Origin: Patescibacteria group bacterium
GTDB taxonomy: Bacteria > Patescibacteriota > Minisyncoccia > UBA6257 > JACRHW01
Reading direction: 5' to 3'
Assembly (NCBI GenBank): GCA_028865725.1
Contig: JAGWJP010000002.1
Coordinates: 104,050 to 168,049 of the forward strand
DNA length: 64,000 nucleotides
Positions 59,870 through 64,000 of this stretch are shown here, one piece after another; positions within the stretch are counted from its first letter, which is position 1, and each line of letters begins with the position of its first letter. The translations under genes were made by a program, and so were the position numbers. The notes under the pieces are model-generated. The model ran no database searches and had not been told where the DNA came from. It was given only the letters and a program-made list of their open reading frames with translations.

Positions 59870-60715
59870 TTAGTTGTCACTACTCCTGTTACCATCTTCC
59901 TGCTGACGTTGTGTCTTGTCTGATTCTGTCTCGCTGTGTAACGGTTGAGAGGATGAACTTGTAACATCTTTTCCGTCAATCTCCGGATTATCTACTCCAT
60001 CTAAGGAGTCAGGGATCCCATTATGATCAGAATCCCCTTTTGCGCACTGGTCTTCAATATATTTGCGACTCATGGGTCCAAAATAACCAGTTGACGGAAT
60101 ACCATATTTCTCCTGAAACTTTTTTACTGCATCTGCGGTAAGAGGACCAAAATATCCCGTAATGAGGTTTCCAGAAAAAAGAGCCGGATCGCCTGCAAGA
60201 ACTTTTTGAAGATCCTCCACATCGCCTCCGTGATCACCTTGATGAAGATCTCCATTAAAACTAAAACACGGGGTTGAGGTGGAAGTAGTTGATGGTGTAT
60301 TTGTGGAAGATGCCTGTTCGCTGAGAAGTTGGGCAAGTTGCACCTTCAATGCTGCAATTTGATTAAGGATTGCTGTAATCTGATCCGCAGGCGAGGTGCT
60401 TGTAGTCGTTGGCTGCGGGATGGTGGTAGAGCAAGTAGTTGTTGCGACAGAAGAAGACGCATCGGTTACTTGGAGCATCATTGAATATGTCCCCGGATTT
60501 TCAGTAATAGTCTGCGTAGTTGAAGTTGCGCCATTACTCCATAAAAATGTGACAGGAGACGTCCCTCCTGTTGAGGAAGCTGTCCATGTTATCATGGTAG
60601 ACGTCGAGCTGCCGGCACACGAGGCGGACAATGTTGAGGCCATTGCAACAATCGGCAAGGCGGCAACAATCAGCACTCCCGCTAGAGATAAAAAAATCTT
60701 TTTCATACTATTCAT
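59870..60715 (-). CDS. Secreted peptidoglycan-binding protein with PKD-like domain
   Basis: Signal peptide; V..LQ.VL..TGYFGPLT..AV..FQ..TGYFGP; DSDHNGIPD Ca-binding-like motif. Confidence 0.85.
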   Translation of the reverse strand: MNSMKKIFLSLAGVLIVAALPIVAMASTLSASCAGSSTSTMITWTASSTGGTSPVTFLWSNGATSTTQTITENPGTYSMMLQVTDASSSVATTTCSTTIPQPTTTSTSPADQITAILNQIAALKVQLAQLLSEQASSTNTPSTTSTSTPCFSFNGDLHQGDHGGDVEDLQKVLAGDPALFSGNLITGYFGPLTADAVKKFQEKYGIPSTGYFGPMSRKYIEDQCAKGDSDHNGIPDSLDGVDNPEIDGKDVTSSSSQPLHSETESDKTQRQQEDGNRSSDN

Positions 60716-60789
60716 ATGATGTTATATTATTAATCTTTTATTTACCTATAAAGTTTACCTTGTTTGTAAACGCAACTCAATATGAACCA

Positions 60790-60926
60790 GCAGAAAAAGG
60801 CTCTTTGTGAGCTGTCTACTTGAGAACCCTAGCGTAAACGAAAAAACACTAGTATTTACCTTGCGTTCTCCATATCATCTAGTCCTAGAACTAGCTAACA
60901 ATCCATCTTGGCTCCGGCGGCAGGAT
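60790..60926 (+). pseudogene. C-terminal remnant of a tRNA-targeting large serine recombinase
   Basis: KRLFVSCLLENP..KTLVFTLRSPYHL..PSWLRRQD reading into the antisense of a tRNA 3' end. Confidence 0.5.
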
Positions 60927-61079
60927 GCGGTCACAACTTTTTCGCTACGCGAAAAGTCGCGACCCCGCCTCCCCATCGACAAGCTCAGGGTCCGGCTTTC
61001 GAATCCTGACGAAAGCAAATACATTTGCTTTCTCCTCCTCAAAACCAATACAAAATACCTCACAAGGAGGTATTTTGTA
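60908..61079 (-). repeat. tRNA-trailer structured element, copy 2, ending in a duplicated tRNA-Asn 3' end
   Basis: ttggctccggcggcaggat at 60908 and 61080; core blocks identical to those at 22878-22945. Confidence 0.85.
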
Positions 61080-61080
61080 T

Positions 61081-61155
61081 TGGCTCCGGCGGCAGGATTC
61101 GAACCTACGACCATCTCGTTAACAGCGAGCCGCTCTACCACTGAGCTACGCCGGA
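61081..61155 (-). tRNA. tRNA-Asn (GUU)
   Basis: TCCGGCG..TAGCTCAGTGGTAGAGC..CTGTTAA..GGTTCGAATCC..CGCCGGAGCCA. Confidence 0.96.
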
Positions 61156-61289
61156 ATATGTAACGATAATACCTCATTATATACGGAACTACAAGTATAT
61201 TCTACGAACCTCTCGAACTTACGCCCGAGATTTCTTTCCATACCTACAAAAAATAAAAACCCCCGGCATACATGCCAAGGGAATACGAA

Positions 61290-63173
61290 TTACTTTTGAA
61301 TAGGGATCGTGAGAACCTTATCTTCATCCAAGATATAATCGGGGAGCGGACAGGAAAATATTTGAAGCTCCACTTCCTGGGTCTCCGTCTTACTTTCTCG
61401 GAACGGATCTAACGAAGGCACCGCTTCCCATGTTGCACTTTCTGATTCCACGGGAATTTTCCTTTCCCTATAGGGAAGCTCGGTGGGAGGATACACAAAT
61501 TGCACATACACTTTTTGCGGATCGCCTGCACCTCCGCCTCTGTTCAACAGTTGCTTGAGAAATTCGTCAGGCGTATCCGCAGTATGATTAATCCTATGCT
61601 CGGGATTCAAATCTCTGAATTGAGATCCCGATGCCACGCTGATGAGAAGCGACGGAATTGGCGAAGAAAAATCCAAGTTGTCAGGAACCCGAAATGGCAC
61701 CGTGAGCTTGTATTTTTTCTCCCCGCGAAAATCACGCCACAGGAGAAGCAGTTGGTAGTTTTCTCCGGCTTGTACCTCATCCACAGGTTTATGGTTCTTA
61801 TCCAAAATACAGCAGGAATCTACCCAGAGTTTTTTAACTCCTGAACGTACCGTCACCGCAATATCAACTTCCGCAATATTGAAATTCCATTCGCTTGCGA
61901 TAAGAGCGCCCACCCTCCCAGTAATAGTGCCAAAGAGAAGGGCAACAGGATCAACCGTAATGCCGCGTATATTCAACACAGGGGTGAGCAGCGCTGAATT
62001 CGAGAAAGAAAACGGTGTACGGTCTTTGAACAGCACCGATGTATCCATGCGCAAGGTCGATTCATTGCCGACCGAAATAATTGATTCCGAAAGATTTGAA
62101 AGACCCATCACCATAAGGAGGCGGGAGAGCGCTCTTTGCCGTACAACCCCAAAATGATACGCAGCGACCTTGCCATCAACATCCAGCTTCAACGAAACCG
62201 GCATCATGCAAGAATGATCCTCTGACCCATACCTTCCTTCAATGCCGAAAATACCATCTTTATAAATGGTACCAAAATGCTCAAGAAGCCGTTCCGGCAT
62301 TTTGTAGGAATCTGCATATCCAAGCGACGTTGTTGCGATTGAGGCATGATAGGCGGGCATCTCCATAGGACCAAGCCCGAGATCTGCAAGAAATGGGTGA
62401 CCAAATGCGACAAACCGGTTTGAAAGGGTATCCACATAAGTAATCGTCCCTGTTGCATACATCGTGAAGTCACCGTCCGCCAGGACTGCAGAGATTGCAT
62501 CTCCCGGTCGCGGTATGGCTTCTTGTCTCGACGTTTCGGATTGCGGAGCAGATATCTCATTGGCTTCCTTATGAATTACAAGCAGAGATCGTATTGCACA
62601 TCTCCCAAATCCCGGGAGCGATACCACGCTCTTTTTTTGGAAATGCCGCAGAAAATTATTTACATCAACCCCCGAAGCTTTAATGTGCAACGCCGCATTT
62701 TGGTCAAGCATATCCTGGATAGGAGTCACTCCCACAAGAAACTCACCCTTGGGAGCAAGTTGGTTCATTCCGTATGCATAGGCACCCAAAAGGCGCCATT
62801 CGCCTCTGACGTGCGCGTACACAGGAGATCCACTCATACCCGCCACCGTACAAACATGGGCAAGCGGCGGACCTACTCGGAATAACATAATATGTGCTTG
62901 GCTGATAAATGGATTTTCTACAGTTCCTGCATATGAGAGCAGGCCCGCTTCTCGCCTCGTTCCGTGCATGACAGAAAGACTGTAAGCATGCATCCCAAAA
63001 GTAAGATCCTTGTATGTTCCAAAATTACGAGTGATCCCATTCGTCGCATGAACCCACCTCATAAACTGAGCCTTCCCGTCTTTATGCGAAGAAGCAACGG
63101 GTCGATACGCAATTGCATTTCCATAAGAACACATCATCACCAAAAATGCGATTATCGATACCTTGAATCTCAT
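61290..63173 (-). CDS. Secreted SpoIVB/peptidase S55-domain protein
   Basis: Signal peptide; AGMSGSPVY, GVTPI..ML, ATGTITYVD, AFGHPF; AAGGAG before ATG 63173. Confidence 0.8.
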   Translation of the reverse strand: MRFKVSIIAFLVMMCSYGNAIAYRPVASSHKDGKAQFMRWVHATNGITRNFGTYKDLTFGMHAYSLSVMHGTRREAGLLSYAGTVENPFISQAHIMLFRVGPPLAHVCTVAGMSGSPVYAHVRGEWRLLGAYAYGMNQLAPKGEFLVGVTPIQDMLDQNAALHIKASGVDVNNFLRHFQKKSVVSLPGFGRCAIRSLLVIHKEANEISAPQSETSRQEAIPRPGDAISAVLADGDFTMYATGTITYVDTLSNRFVAFGHPFLADLGLGPMEMPAYHASIATTSLGYADSYKMPERLLEHFGTIYKDGIFGIEGRYGSEDHSCMMPVSLKLDVDGKVAAYHFGVVRQRALSRLLMVMGLSNLSESIISVGNESTLRMDTSVLFKDRTPFSFSNSALLTPVLNIRGITVDPVALLFGTITGRVGALIASEWNFNIAEVDIAVTVRSGVKKLWVDSCCILDKNHKPVDEVQAGENYQLLLLWRDFRGEKKYKLTVPFRVPDNLDFSSPIPSLLISVASGSQFRDLNPEHRINHTADTPDEFLKQLLNRGGGAGDPQKVYVQFVYPPTELPYRERKIPVESESATWEAVPSLDPFRESKTETQEVELQIFSCPLPDYILDEDKVLTIPIQK

Positions 63174-63282
63174 GATGCACTCCTTGTGTTTTCTATGAGC
63201 TATATTGAGCCTAGTACAAACGTCCCCAAAATACAAGCGATCACCCAAGTGATCGCTTGTACCCCTACTCCCTGCTTCTCCC

Positions 63283-64000
63283 TTATAAGGTGGTCGTAGA
63301 TATTGTAGGATTCTCTTCAAAATCAACCTCACACACCCCACTTACGCATGCAAGCTCCTTTTTCACTTCGGTCATGTCCTCGTTTTCATACAAGACAAGC
63401 TTTGAAAAATCGATTTTGGGAAACTTGGCGCTAAGCTCTGCGTACTTTTCCGCGGTAATTTCTTCGTAGGGTGCAAGGCGGTAAACATGATTACTGCGCG
63501 GTAGGAATGAAAGCCCTCCGATCATGTCCCAATTTTCATGCACCCACGCCCCTACACGCAACCACTCATCTTCTCCCACCGAAATTGTCGTGGATGGATT
63601 ATGCTCGGTAAAATTTTCTTTTACCATCTTCCAGTACTCAAGCTGCTGCCATGCGCTCAAATCATCTTTATACACCGTTCCCTTTGCCGCAGGCGCTTTA
63701 ATCGGAAACTCAACCACATACGTTGTCGCGTTTTCTTTTGTCTGCCCCACTTCCGGTTCATAGGGCACACCCATATCGCGAAGCATCTTGAAAATAGGAT
63801 TATGCCCTTCAATACGCACGCGACGAATATAATAGCGCGCGTGACGAGGGTGCATACCAGATGAGGAATCAAAAAGTTGGGAGCCGTTACCTGACGGCTT
63901 TACGCATGTCACGGCTGCCGAACGATTAATACCAAACCGCTCTGCGTATTTACGATTGGTCTCGAGTGCGATCTCCTTCAACTTGCGAAACACGGATGCG
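63283..64000 (-). CDS. nrdJ: Class II (adenosylcobalamin) ribonucleotide reductase, C-terminal part (partial at window edge)
   Basis: TCVKPSG, SSGMHP..YYIRRVR, HNPS.T, GLSFLP, APYEEI, ACVSGVCE. Confidence 0.9.
   Translation of the reverse strand, partial: ASVFRKLKEIALETNRKYAERFGINRSAAVTCVKPSGNGSQLFDSSSGMHPRHARYYIRRVRIEGHNPIFKMLRDMGVPYEPEVGQTKENATTYVVEFPIKAPAAKGTVYKDDLSAWQQLEYWKMVKENFTEHNPSTTISVGEDEWLRVGAWVHENWDMIGGLSFLPRSNHVYRLAPYEEITAEKYAELSAKFPKIDFSKLVLYENEDMTEVKKELACVSGVCEVDFEENPTISTTTL

Noticed and set aside
60807-61177. ORFs spanning tRNA-Asn
   Set aside because: They overlap the tRNA and the repeat element; only the first ~40 codons on the plus strand look like a protein relic.

Overview
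This is a compact bacterial chromosome segment of roughly 45% GC with almost all genes on the minus strand. The gene content (VirD4-like ATPase with a conserved membrane partner, sigma70-r4/HARE-HTH protein, class II RNR, many orphans) points to a Patescibacteria (CPR, Parcubacteria-like) genome; that assignment is inferred, not searched. Core genes include sufS, a UvrD-nuclease, lepA, mnmA, efp, secDF, trmD, leuS, tatD, folD, glyA, znuABC, dsbA/VKOR, partial nrdJ, tRNA-Lys(UUU) and tRNA-Asn(GUU). Main signals: (1) the same ~70-80 nt structured non-coding core sits downstream of both tRNAs, 38 kb apart, each time closed by a duplicate of that tRNA's own 3' end and carrying a segment complementary to that tRNA's own T-arm; (2) a 303-bp GIY-YIG-only element with perfect 15-bp terminal inverted repeats and a TCAA duplication is inserted in a promoter -35 box; (3) a single very high-GC orphan gene has a consensus promoter and long structured UTRs; (4) core genes lack Shine-Dalgarno motifs while ~15 stand-alone orphan genes have strong ones; (5) a Translin/TRAX-like RNase gene lies just upstream of tRNA-Lys. 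All family assignments are by motif recognition only.
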